DNA of 64,000 nucleotides, taken from positions 46,815 to 110,814 of the forward strand of contig JBEPZV010000004.1 in the NCBI GenBank assembly GCA_041640655.1, written 5' to 3'. Position 1 is the stretch's first letter. Each line of letters begins with the position of its first letter. This document shows positions 27,710 to 35,928 of the stretch, piece by piece. The notes under the pieces are model-generated. The model did not search any database, had not been told where the DNA came from, and was given only the letters and a program-made list of their open reading frames with translations. The DNA comes from a bacterium. GTDB lineage: Bacteria; Acidobacteriota; Blastocatellia; HR10. The translations under genes were made by a program, and so were the position numbers.

Positions 27710-29134
27710 ATGAGGACGACGAAGGTTCGAGAGATCGCGCTTTTGGAGCACGCCGTCTTCTCCGGTCGGTTTCGAGAGGCCGAGCGGCTGGCCGAGGAGT
27801 TCTCGCCGACCGATTTGCGGTCGGCGGCCGCGAAGGCTCAGGTTTTGATCTACAAGGGGGAGTTGGAGGAGGCCGGAGCGCTTCTGGAGGCCTTCGAGAA
27901 ACGGCTCACCGAAGCGAACCTCAAGGAGGCGGCCGAGTTCGGTCTGGCGAAGGCCGAGTGGCATTATTGGCGGGGCGAGTATGAGGAGGCAGAGCGGCAG
28001 GCGCAGGTGGTTTTCGGGATTTACAGCCTGAATCGCGATCGCTTCGGGCTGGCGCGCGCGCTCTACGTGCTCGGGCGGGTGCATCGGCGTCAGGGGGATT
28101 ACGAGCGGGCGCGACAAGAGATGCTTCAGGCGCTTGAGGAAGCTGAAGCGGTCACCGATCGGCCGACGGGATTTCTGCTTGGGCTCATCATGTTCAATCT
28201 CGGCGTGATCCATTACTTCCTGGGGGATCTCGCGCGCGCGGAAGAGGAGTTGCTGGCGGCGATCCGGGCGCTGGAGGACGAGCGGGGGCGGTACTACGGC
28301 AATGCCCTGAACTTCTATGGGACGTTGCTCATCGGGAAGGGACTGTATGAGGAGGCAGCGCGGATCATCCAGTCGGCCTACGAGTGCTTGTCCGAGAGCG
28401 CCTTCTTCGACGATTTGGCCCATGCGACGAACAATCTGGCCTATGCCTGTCTGCGCATGGGGCAATTTGAGCGCGCGTCGCGACTGCTCCATGAGAGCTT
28501 GGAGTTGCGCCGTCGGTCGAAGGACATCGCCGGAGAGTCGGCGACGCTGGAGCTCTTCGGGCGGCTTCGTTATGAGCAGGGACAACTGGGGGAGGCCGAA
28601 CAGATCCTGCGGCAAGCGATCGAGCTGGCGGAATTGGGGAAGAACCCTCATGAGAAGGCGGTCGCCTTGATCACCTTGGGGCGCGTGCTCATGGCTCAGG
28701 GGCGTCTGGACGAAAGCCAGCGGGCGCTTGAGGAGGCTCTTGATCTGGCCGTGCAGTTGAAGAACAAGTCGCTGCAGGCGGAGGGTCACGCCTATTTGGC
28801 GGAGCTGTGGGTCTATCGAGGCAACGGGATGCAGGCGTTGGAACATCTCAGGCGGACGAAGGCGTTCATCAATGGGCATCGCGATGCATATCTGCTCGCG
28901 CAGATTGAGCGCATTGAGCACTTGGTCCAGCAGCACCGGATCAAGGCCGAAGAGGGGGTCTTTATGATCCGCGGCAGCTTCCTACCGACTTGGCGGGAGG
29001 CGCATGAGATGTTGGGGAGGTTCCTTCTGGCGGAGGCGCTGCGGCATGCCGGTGAGAATCAGACGAAAGCCGCTGAGCTGCTCGGCGTCACTAAAGCCTA
29101 TATCACCATGCTGCGGAAGAAGTACGGGATCTGA
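27710..29134 (+). CDS. TPR-repeat protein with C-terminal Fis-type HTH (putative peptide-sensing regulator)
   Basis: At least 7-8 TPR-like repeats of about 40 aa (e.g. ALYVLGRVHRRQGDYERA, ATNNLAYACLRMGQFERA). C-terminal ALRHAGENQTKAAELLGVTKAYITMLRKKYGI. AAGGAGG RBS before ATG 27710. Confidence 0.88.
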   Translation: MRTTKVREIALLEHAVFSGRFREAERLAEEFSPTDLRSAAAKAQVLIYKGELEEAGALLEAFEKRLTEANLKEAAEFGLAKAEWHYWRGEYEEAERQAQVVFGIYSLNRDRFGLARALYVLGRVHRRQGDYERARQEMLQALEEAEAVTDRPTGFLLGLIMFNLGVIHYFLGDLARAEEELLAAIRALEDERGRYYGNALNFYGTLLIGKGLYEEAARIIQSAYECLSESAFFDDLAHATNNLAYACLRMGQFERASRLLHESLELRRRSKDIAGESATLELFGRLRYEQGQLGEAEQILRQAIELAELGKNPHEKAVALITLGRVLMAQGRLDESQRALEEALDLAVQLKNKSLQAEGHAYLAELWVYRGNGMQALEHLRRTKAFINGHRDAYLLAQIERIEHLVQQHRIKAEEGVFMIRGSFLPTWREAHEMLGRFLLAEALRHAGENQTKAAELLGVTKAYITMLRKKYGI

Positions 29135-29153
29135 TGAAGAGGAGGTGCGATCT

Positions 29154-29522
29154 ATGAAGAGGGTACTCGCGGTCGCGTTCATCGTGTTCATGCTCGGGAG
29201 TTTCACCCTCCCGGTGCGGGCGGGGGTCACAGCGGGTGGAAAGCCCTATGTGCCGGGCGCTGATCTCCCACTTGGAGGCGTCACGGCCGGAGGCCGACCG
29301 TTCATTGGCGGTGGCGGGGTCTTCACACCGACAGGATTCGGCTTGGGTGCTCAGTTCTATGATGACGAGGGATGGGATGCCGCATCAGATCCCTACGGGG
29401 GCATCGGTGGAGGAGCAGATCTCGGATGGGCACCCTCGTGGTCTTGGTGGGGATGGGGAGCGTGGGGCGTTCTCGACATCCTTTTCGGCATCCCGATGGC
29501 GTTCCTCTTCGCTATGTGGTGA
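29154..29522 (+). CDS. Small secreted Gly-rich protein (122 aa), putative signalling propeptide
   Basis: GAGGAGGT RBS. Sec signal peptide MKRVLAVAFIVFMLGSFTLPVRA, repeated GVTAGG(K/R)P(Y/F), and a Trp-rich hydrophobic C-terminus. Confidence 0.8.
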   Translation: MKRVLAVAFIVFMLGSFTLPVRAGVTAGGKPYVPGADLPLGGVTAGGRPFIGGGGVFTPTGFGLGAQFYDDEGWDAASDPYGGIGGGADLGWAPSWSWWGWGAWGVLDILFGIPMAFLFAMW

Positions 29523-29529
29523 GCGCCGT

Positions 29530-29559
29530 AGGGGGAATTCGCGAGAGCGAATCCCCCCT
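29530..29559 (+). terminator. Stem-loop after the peptide gene (probable terminator, between convergent genes)
   Basis: AGGGGGAATTCGC-GAGA-GCGAATCCCCCCT with one mismatch; weak U-tract. Confidence 0.6.
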
Positions 29560-29621
29560 GGAGCTTCTGCAGGGAGCCGTGGGATCTTTCGAGCGTCCCG
29601 CCGTGGGCTTCTCCCTGCTGC

Positions 29622-30707
29622 TCAGCCGGCGGTCTTCAAGCTGAAGGTGAACTCCGAACCTCTTCCGGGGTCGCTTCTGACAGTGATCTCCCCTCCGTGC
29701 AATTGGACGAGATGTTTCACAATGGCTAGGCCGAGGCCGCTGCCTCCCGTTTCCCGAGATCGAGATTTCTCGCCCCGATAGAAGCGCTCAAAGATACGCG
29801 GTTGGTCAGCCGGAGGAATGCCGATCCCGGTATCCGTGACGGCGACGAGGACGCGTTCACCGGAGCGGCGCGCCGTGATCCCCACATATCCTCCGGGCCG
29901 ATTGAACTTGATGGCGTTATCCAGGAGATTTTGCAGAATCTGCGTCAAGCGGAAGGGGTCGGCTAAGACTTGTATGTCCTCGGGGACGTCGTTCGCGATC
30001 GAGATGCCGCGCTCTTGCGCCTGAGGCCGGATGAGAGCTAAGACGTCTTCGACGAGGGCGCGAAGCGGAAGGGCTTCGAGCGAGAGGGCGATGACGCCCG
30101 ATTCGATCTCCGCCAGGTCGGTGATGTCGCGCACCAGGGCATGGAGGCGTTGGGCCTGTCGAAAGAGGCCCTCCAGGCATCGGCGCGCGTGCTCGGGATC
30201 CTCCAGGCCCACCTCCTGCAGGGTTTCCACATAGGCCAGGATCGCCGCCAGTGGCGTACGCAGTTCGTGCGAGAGATTGGCGAAGAAATCGCGCCGCACG
30301 CGCTCCAGATGCTCCAGCGCGGTGATCTCCACGAAGACGCCCAGAGCCGCCTGCGGTGCTTCAGAGGCGAAGCGAAGAGGAGTGATGGTGACATGGAACA
30401 CGCGGGGCTCGCCGCGCTTCAGCTCAAAGCGCAGCTCACGGGATGTCCCCAGATCGAGTGCCTCACGGAATCCCTCGTGCAATGCGGGATCGCGGGTGAG
30501 GTCAATCAGTCGAAGAGGGCGGGAGGGGATCGGAGGCGGGGGGAAGATGGATTCGGCCGACGGATTTTGAACGAGGACGGTCGTCTCCCGATCCACGATG
30601 AGCAGACCTTCGCGCATAGCCGCGAGGACGGCCTGCCACACCGGATGGGGCGAGCGAACTAACTCCCGAAGGAGATCGCGATCGGCGCTCTCGGTGGCGG
30701 GTGTCAC
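29622..30707 (-). CDS. phoR: Phosphate regulon sensor histidine kinase (PAS-HisKA-HATPase), no transmembrane segment
   Basis: ANLSHELRTPL H-box, NLLDNAIKF, DTGIGI, IFERFYR and GGSGLGL. Last gene of the pst/phoU/phoB operon. Confidence 0.88.
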   Translation of the reverse strand: MTPATESADRDLLRELVRSPHPVWQAVLAAMREGLLIVDRETTVLVQNPSAESIFPPPPIPSRPLRLIDLTRDPALHEGFREALDLGTSRELRFELKRGEPRVFHVTITPLRFASEAPQAALGVFVEITALEHLERVRRDFFANLSHELRTPLAAILAYVETLQEVGLEDPEHARRCLEGLFRQAQRLHALVRDITDLAEIESGVIALSLEALPLRALVEDVLALIRPQAQERGISIANDVPEDIQVLADPFRLTQILQNLLDNAIKFNRPGGYVGITARRSGERVLVAVTDTGIGIPPADQPRIFERFYRGEKSRSRETGGSGLGLAIVKHLVQLHGGEITVRSDPGRGSEFTFSLKTAG

Positions 30708-31414
30708 GGCGCTGCGTCGGAGGGATCGTTCGATCGCGGGCGGAATCGGTATCCGATGCCGACGACCGTCTCAATGTACGCCTCGTGCCCGAGCTTCTTC
30801 CGAAGATTGTGCACGTGGACGTCAAGCGTGCGCGTGGCTCCGGAATAGGCCAGGCCCCAGATGCGGTCCAGCAGATACTCGCGCGTGAGCGTTCGACCCG
30901 CATTGCGCGCCAGCAGCACCAGCAGCGCGAATTCCTTGCGCGTCAGCTTGATCTCGCGCCCTTCGACCCTCGCGATGAAATGCGTCGGGTCCAGATAGAG
31001 CGTGCCATCGTCGTAGAGGAAATCGAGGGGGGCATCCTCCTGCGCCCGTCGCAGCAACGCGTGCAGGCGCGCCTCCAGCTCGCGCAGGCTGAAGGGCTTG
31101 GTCACGTAGTCATCCGCTCCGAGCGTCAGGCCGAGGACCTTGTCCGATTCGCTCGTTCGAGCCGTGAGCATGAGGATGGGCAGGCGGCGCGTCGCGCTCT
31201 CCTGACGAAGGCGGCGGCACAGCTCGAAGCCGTTCATCTCCGGCAAGTTCACGTCCAGGATGAGCGCGCTCGGATGGCGCTGCGAGAGCGCCCGGAGCCC
31301 TTCCTCACCCGTGCGCGCGATCTCCACCGCATATCGCCCCCCCCGCTCCAGATGGTGCTTGAGGAGGTGGGCGAGTTCGACATCGTCCTCGATGATCAAG
31401 ATCGTCGGCTTCAT
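30704..31414 (-). CDS. phoB: OmpR/PhoB-family response regulator
   Basis: ILIIEDD, ILDVNLP, GADDYVTKPF, RTLDVHVHNLRKKL and TVVGIGYRF; located in the pho operon. Confidence 0.88.
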   Translation of the reverse strand: MKPTILIIEDDVELAHLLKHHLERGGRYAVEIARTGEEGLRALSQRHPSALILDVNLPEMNGFELCRRLRQESATRRLPILMLTARTSESDKVLGLTLGADDYVTKPFSLRELEARLHALLRRAQEDAPLDFLYDDGTLYLDPTHFIARVEGREIKLTRKEFALLVLLARNAGRTLTREYLLDRIWGLAYSGATRTLDVHVHNLRKKLGHEAYIETVVGIGYRFRPRSNDPSDAAP

Positions 31415-32085
31415 AGCTCCGGCCACTCGCGATGTTTGATCACTTCGCCTCGGGCCATGTAGACGATCTGCTCGCAGATGTTCGTCACGTAATCGGCGAT
31501 GCGCTCCAGATGCTTGATGATGAAGAGCAACTCCGCTCCTCGTCGCACGGTCGAGGGATCGGTGGCCATGAGGTGGATCAGTTCGTCATAGATGCGCTTG
31601 TAGAGCGCGTCGGCCTGGTCGTCATGTCGGATCGTCTCCAGGGCCTTCTCCGCATCATGGCTGGTGAACGCATCCAAGCCATCGAGCAGCATTTGCTGAA
31701 CGATCCGGGCCATCTCGGGAATGTCGAAGTAGACCTTCAACTGGGGCTCCTGGTTCAACCGGAGGACATGCCGGGCGATGTTCACCGCGTGGTCGGCGAT
31801 CCGCTCGATCGCCGGCGCCGTCTTCACCGCGGCGATCACGAAGCGCAGATCGGAGGCCGTCGGTTGGCGAAGCACGAGGATGTCAATGCACAATTCGTCC
31901 ACCTCGTTCTCCAACTGGTCAATCTTATCGTCATCGCGGATGACCTGTTCGGCCAGCTCCGAATCGCGTTCGACCAGAGCGCGGATCGCTTGAGCGATGG
32001 CTGTCTCCGCCCGCCCCCCGAGCATCAGGAGCTTGTCGCGCAGCCGATTCAAATCGTGATCAATCGGCCTGAGGTGATCGGTCAT
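31411..32085 (-). CDS. phoU: Phosphate signalling complex protein PhoU
   Basis: QPTASDLR, ERIADHAVNI and LERIADYVTNICE. Confidence 0.95.
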   Translation of the reverse strand: MTDHLRPIDHDLNRLRDKLLMLGGRAETAIAQAIRALVERDSELAEQVIRDDDKIDQLENEVDELCIDILVLRQPTASDLRFVIAAVKTAPAIERIADHAVNIARHVLRLNQEPQLKVYFDIPEMARIVQQMLLDGLDAFTSHDAEKALETIRHDDQADALYKRIYDELIHLMATDPSTVRRGAELLFIIKHLERIADYVTNICEQIVYMARGEVIKHREWPEL

Positions 32086-32108
32086 GATGACCTCTCCTTC
32101 CCTCGCCC

Positions 32109-32939
32109 TCATCCGAAGCGCCCCGTGAGATAATCTTCCGTCAGCTTCTCACGCGGCACCGTGAACAGTTTCTCCGTCTGGTTGAATTCTACAAGACGGC
32201 CCATCCAGAGGAAAGCCGTATAGTCGGAGACGCGGGCGGCCTGCTGCATGTTATGCGTGACGATGATGATCGTGTAGTGGCGCTTCAGTTCCGCGATCAG
32301 CTCTTCGATCTTCTCCGTGGCGATCGGGTCCAACGCCGAGGCCGGTTCATCCAGCAGCAGGACCTCCGGTCGCACGGCCAGGGCGCGGGCGATGCAGAGC
32401 CGCTGCTGCTGTCCGCCGGAGAGCGTGAGCGCGGATTCGTGCAGCCGATCCTTCACCTCGTCCCAGAGGGCGGCCTGCCGCAGGCTCTCTTCGACGCGCT
32501 CCTGCAGCTCCCGGCGATTGCGGACGAGCCCGTTCACGCGCAGGCCATACGCGACGTTCTCGAAGATCGTCTTCGGGAAGGGATTCGAGCGTTGGAAGAC
32601 CATCCCCACGCGCCGCCGCAAGCGCACGACGTCCACCTGGGGATCGTAGATGTTCTCTCCATCCAGCAGGATGCGCCCCTCGGCACGCGTATCCGGGATG
32701 AGGTCATTCATGCGATTGATGGCGCGCAGGAGCGTCGTCTTGCCGCATCCCGACGGGCCAATCAGAGCCGTCACCTGATTTCGGGGGAAACCCAGGGTGA
32801 TCTCGTGCAAGACGCGCACATCGCCGTAGTAGAAGCTGAACCGTTCGACTTGGACCTTCACAGGGAGAGAAGTCGTCTGAAGATCGGGAGCGCGTGCCGG
32901 CTCCCTGGCGGTCTCTCGGATCGTGCCAAACTTCACCAC
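32109..32939 (-). CDS. pstB: Phosphate ABC transporter ATP-binding protein
   Basis: [40 protein letters not shown] and YLTGRFG. GTG start after AAGGAGG (alternative start 32987). Confidence 0.95.
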   Translation of the reverse strand: MVKFGTIRETAREPARAPDLQTTSLPVKVQVERFSFYYGDVRVLHEITLGFPRNQVTALIGPSGCGKTTLLRAINRMNDLIPDTRAEGRILLDGENIYDPQVDVVRLRRRVGMVFQRSNPFPKTIFENVAYGLRVNGLVRNRRELQERVEESLRQAALWDEVKDRLHESALTLSGGQQQRLCIARALAVRPEVLLLDEPASALDPIATEKIEELIAELKRHYTIIIVTHNMQQAARVSDYTAFLWMGRLVEFNQTEKLFTVPREKLTEDYLTGRFG

Positions 32940-32983
32940 CGTTCTCCTCCTTGCCGATGAGATCGCATCGTCGCCGCTCCGGA

Positions 32984-34024
32984 TCACGCGCGGAGTCGTC
33001 GCCGAACGCGGGCGCGGATGAGGACGCCGACCGTGTTGAGCGCGAACGTGAGCGCGAGCAGGACCAGGACGGTCCCGTAGAGCAAGGGCTTGGTCTTCTC
33101 CACATCGGGAGACTGCGTCGAGAGGATGAAGACGTGATAGCCAAGTTCCATGAACTGGTCGTTCAAGCGGCTCGGCAGATAGGGGAGGAAGTACGCAGCG
33201 CCCGTGAAGAGGACCGGGGCGACTTCTCCCGCTCCTCGACTCACGGCGAGGATGGCCCCGGTGAGAATCCCGGGCAGCGCTTCCGGCAGGACGATGTGCC
33301 AGATCGTCTGCCAGCGCGTGGCGCCGAGCGCCAGACTCGCTTCACGCAGCTCGCGGGGCACGGCGCGCAATGCTTCATCGGTGGAGACGATCACCACCGG
33401 AAGCGTGAGCAGAGCGAGCGTCAGCGCCGCCCAGAGGATGGCCGGTTGTCCGTAGGTCAGCTCGCCGCCGTAGAAGAGCCGATCTATGCTTCCCCCGATG
33501 AACTGCACGAAGAATCCGAGTCCGAAGAGGCCGAAGACGATCGAGGGGACGCCCGCCAGGTTGTTGACGGCCGCGCGCGTCGCTCGAGCGAAGAGGATCT
33601 CCACGACGTGCCCAAACCCGATCAAGCGCTCTCGCCACCGGCGAGCCGCGCGCGCGCGCGCCCAGGCGTAGGCGAGGTTCGATCCCGGCACGAACTCGCG
33701 GAGATAGACCGCCGTGGCCACACCGATCGGGACGGCGGCGATGGTCATCAGGATGACGAGCGCGACGGTCCCGAAGATCGCCGGGAAGATCCCTCCCTCG
33801 GTCATGCCCGCGCGCGGCGCTGTGGTCAGGAACTCCCAACTGAGCTGTCCGATCCCATTCCACACAATGTTCCCGAGGATGATGCCGAGCATCGCGACAA
33901 TCAGCGAGCTGGCCAGTGCGAGCAAACCAATGGGGACCTGTTCGCGAAAGCGCTCCCAGAAGATCTCCCACCGCGAGGCGATGAGCGAGGCAGAGGGGCT
34001 TTCGACGCGCGGAGTGACGTTCAT
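32984..34024 (-). CDS. pstA: Phosphate ABC transporter permease PstA
   Basis: [33 protein letters not shown] and [11 protein letters not shown] overlaps the pstC stop. Confidence 0.93.
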   Translation of the reverse strand: MNVTPRVESPSASLIASRWEIFWERFREQVPIGLLALASSLIVAMLGIILGNIVWNGIGQLSWEFLTTAPRAGMTEGGIFPAIFGTVALVILMTIAAVPIGVATAVYLREFVPGSNLAYAWARARAARRWRERLIGFGHVVEILFARATRAAVNNLAGVPSIVFGLFGLGFFVQFIGGSIDRLFYGGELTYGQPAILWAALTLALLTLPVVIVSTDEALRAVPRELREASLALGATRWQTIWHIVLPEALPGILTGAILAVSRGAGEVAPVLFTGAAYFLPYLPSRLNDQFMELGYHVFILSTQSPDVEKTKPLLYGTVLVLLALTFALNTVGVLIRARVRRRLRA

Positions 34025-34983
34025 ATCTCTCCTCGCAAGCGGCGTTGCACGCGATGGATGATGTACACGCCCGCGGAGTTCACCGCGAACGTGACGACGA
34101 ACAACAGCGCTCCGATGAAGAAGAGCACATGATAGTGCGGGCTGCCGAAGACGACCTCGCCTAATTCCGCCGCGATCGTCGCCGCCAGCGTGCGCACGGA
34201 ATCGGTGAAGCGCCAGGACGTGATCGCCGCGTTGCCCGATGCCATCAGCACGATCATCGTCTCCCCCACGGCACGGCCGAAGCCCAAGACGAGGCTGGCG
34301 AAGACGCCCGGCAAAGCGGCCGGGAGCACGACGCGCGTCGCCGTTTGCCAGCGCGTGGCGCCGAGCGCCAGACTCGCCTCCCGAAGACTCCGCGGGACGG
34401 CATTCAACGCATCTTCGCTCACGGTGTAGATGATCGGGATCAGTGCCAACGCCAGTGCCGTCCCCGCCGTGATCGCGTTCAAGCGCGTCTCGAATCCGAA
34501 GAGGCGGTGCATCCATGTCGCCAGGACGATCAACGCGAAGAATCCGAGAACCACCGAGGGGATGCCGGCCAGAAGCTCAATGGCCGGTTTGATCAGCTCC
34601 CGTATCCTCGATGGCGCGAATTCCGATGTGTAGAGCGCGGCGGCGATGGCCAAGGGCGCCGCGATCCCGAGCGCCACGAGCGTCGTCTTCAATGTCCCCA
34701 GGATGAGCGGAATGAGGCTGTATTTGGGCACGAGCGCCACGGGCTGCCACATGTATCGGCTCGCCAGATCGGGCCCCTCCATCGGATGGAAGAAATGGCG
34801 CAGGCTCGCTTCCCGCTGGATCTCGGGATCGGTCAGAATCGGCAGCGCTTCTCGAAAGATGAAGATGAAGATAAGGACGATCGTCACGATCGCCGTGAGC
34901 GAGAGCATGAAGATCACCCGGTGCGCCCATCGGTCGATCCAACGGCGCCAGCGTTCCTGCCGTGCGTCCCGACCCTCACGCAT
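34021..34983 (-). CDS. pstC: Phosphate ABC transporter permease PstC
   Basis: ELLAGIPSVVLG, SEDAL and GRAVGETMIVLMASGN. Confidence 0.93.
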   Translation of the reverse strand: MREGRDARQERWRRWIDRWAHRVIFMLSLTAIVTIVLIFIFIFREALPILTDPEIQREASLRHFFHPMEGPDLASRYMWQPVALVPKYSLIPLILGTLKTTLVALGIAAPLAIAAALYTSEFAPSRIRELIKPAIELLAGIPSVVLGFFALIVLATWMHRLFGFETRLNAITAGTALALALIPIIYTVSEDALNAVPRSLREASLALGATRWQTATRVVLPAALPGVFASLVLGFGRAVGETMIVLMASGNAAITSWRFTDSVRTLAATIAAELGEVVFGSPHYHVLFFIGALLFVVTFAVNSAGVYIIHRVQRRLRGEI

Positions 34984-35001
34984 CGCGCGTCTGGCGGGCG
35001 A

Positions 35002-35916
35002 TCACTCCTGCTGCTGCCAGTGGCGCGCCACCTCGCGGCGCTTCTCCTCCGGGAGGGGGTAATACCCCACTTCCTTGACGATAGCCTGTCCCTCGGGCGA
35101 GAGGATCCAGCGGATGAAATCGCGCGCCACCGGGTTGCTGGGTTTCCCCACCGTGTAGAAGTAGAGCTCTCGACTGATCGGATACCGACCCGTGGCGACG
35201 TTCTCCAGAGTCGGCGCGATCGCCGGAGAGGCATCGTCCTTCTTGATCTTGAGCGCCTTGATCCCCACGCCGTAGGCGATCCCCCCGTAGCCGATCGCCT
35301 TCGGATCTTTCGCCACGGCATTGATCACGGCGGCCGTGCCCGGAAGCGTTTGCGCCGCCGGCGCGAAATCGGCGTTCTCCAGCACGTGCTCTTTGAAGTA
35401 GACGTACGTGCCGGAGTTGTTCTCCCGGCTGTAGAGGACAATGGGGAGGTCTGCCCCCCCCACCTCCTTCCAATTCCTGAGACGTCCGGTGTAGATCGCC
35501 TTGAGTTGCGCGAGTGAAAGCTCGCTCACCGGGTTGGACTCGTGGACGTAGACGGCCAGACCGTCCAGGGCGACCGGCGTCTCGATCACGTCCACGCCGA
35601 ACTTCGCCTTCACCTGCTCGGCTTCAGACGGCTTGATCGGGCGGGAGCTTTGCGCGATGTCTGTCGTCCCGTTGATCAACGCCGCGATGCCAGTTCCCGA
35701 TCCGCCCCCCGTGACCTGAATCACCGCGCCCGGATGCTTCTGCATGTAGATCTCGGCCCAGCGCTGGCCGAGGATCACCATCGTGTCCGAGCCCTTGACG
35801 GTGACAGCGCGCGCCCGCTCTGAAGGCGCTCGCGAAGAACACGCGCTCATCACGACAATACTCGCAGCAGCGATCGTGCTCCTGGCGATCCGGGACCATC
35901 GAGACTCGGCGTTCAT
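35002..35916 (-). CDS. pstS: Phosphate ABC transporter substrate-binding lipoprotein
   Basis: Lipobox-like MSAC; KGSDT, GGGSGTG, SSRP, RENNSGT and YPISRELY. Confidence 0.93.
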   Translation of the reverse strand: MNAESRWSRIARSTIAAASIVVMSACSSRAPSERARAVTVKGSDTMVILGQRWAEIYMQKHPGAVIQVTGGGSGTGIAALINGTTDIAQSSRPIKPSEAEQVKAKFGVDVIETPVALDGLAVYVHESNPVSELSLAQLKAIYTGRLRNWKEVGGADLPIVLYSRENNSGTYVYFKEHVLENADFAPAAQTLPGTAAVINAVAKDPKAIGYGGIAYGVGIKALKIKKDDASPAIAPTLENVATGRYPISRELYFYTVGKPSNPVARDFIRWILSPEGQAIVKEVGYYPLPEEKRREVARHWQQQE

Positions 35917-35928
35917 AAGGCCTCCCCC

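Noticed and set aside
27656..28936. 426-aa minus-strand ORF opposite the TPR regulator
   Set aside because: Antisense shadow. The plus strand has the promoter, RBS, TPR periodicity and HTH.
29154..29522. Small peptide as a RiPP or bacteriocin precursor
   Set aside because: No modifying enzyme, peptidase-ABC exporter or immunity gene is adjacent, and it has a Sec-type rather than double-glycine leader. Not fully excluded.
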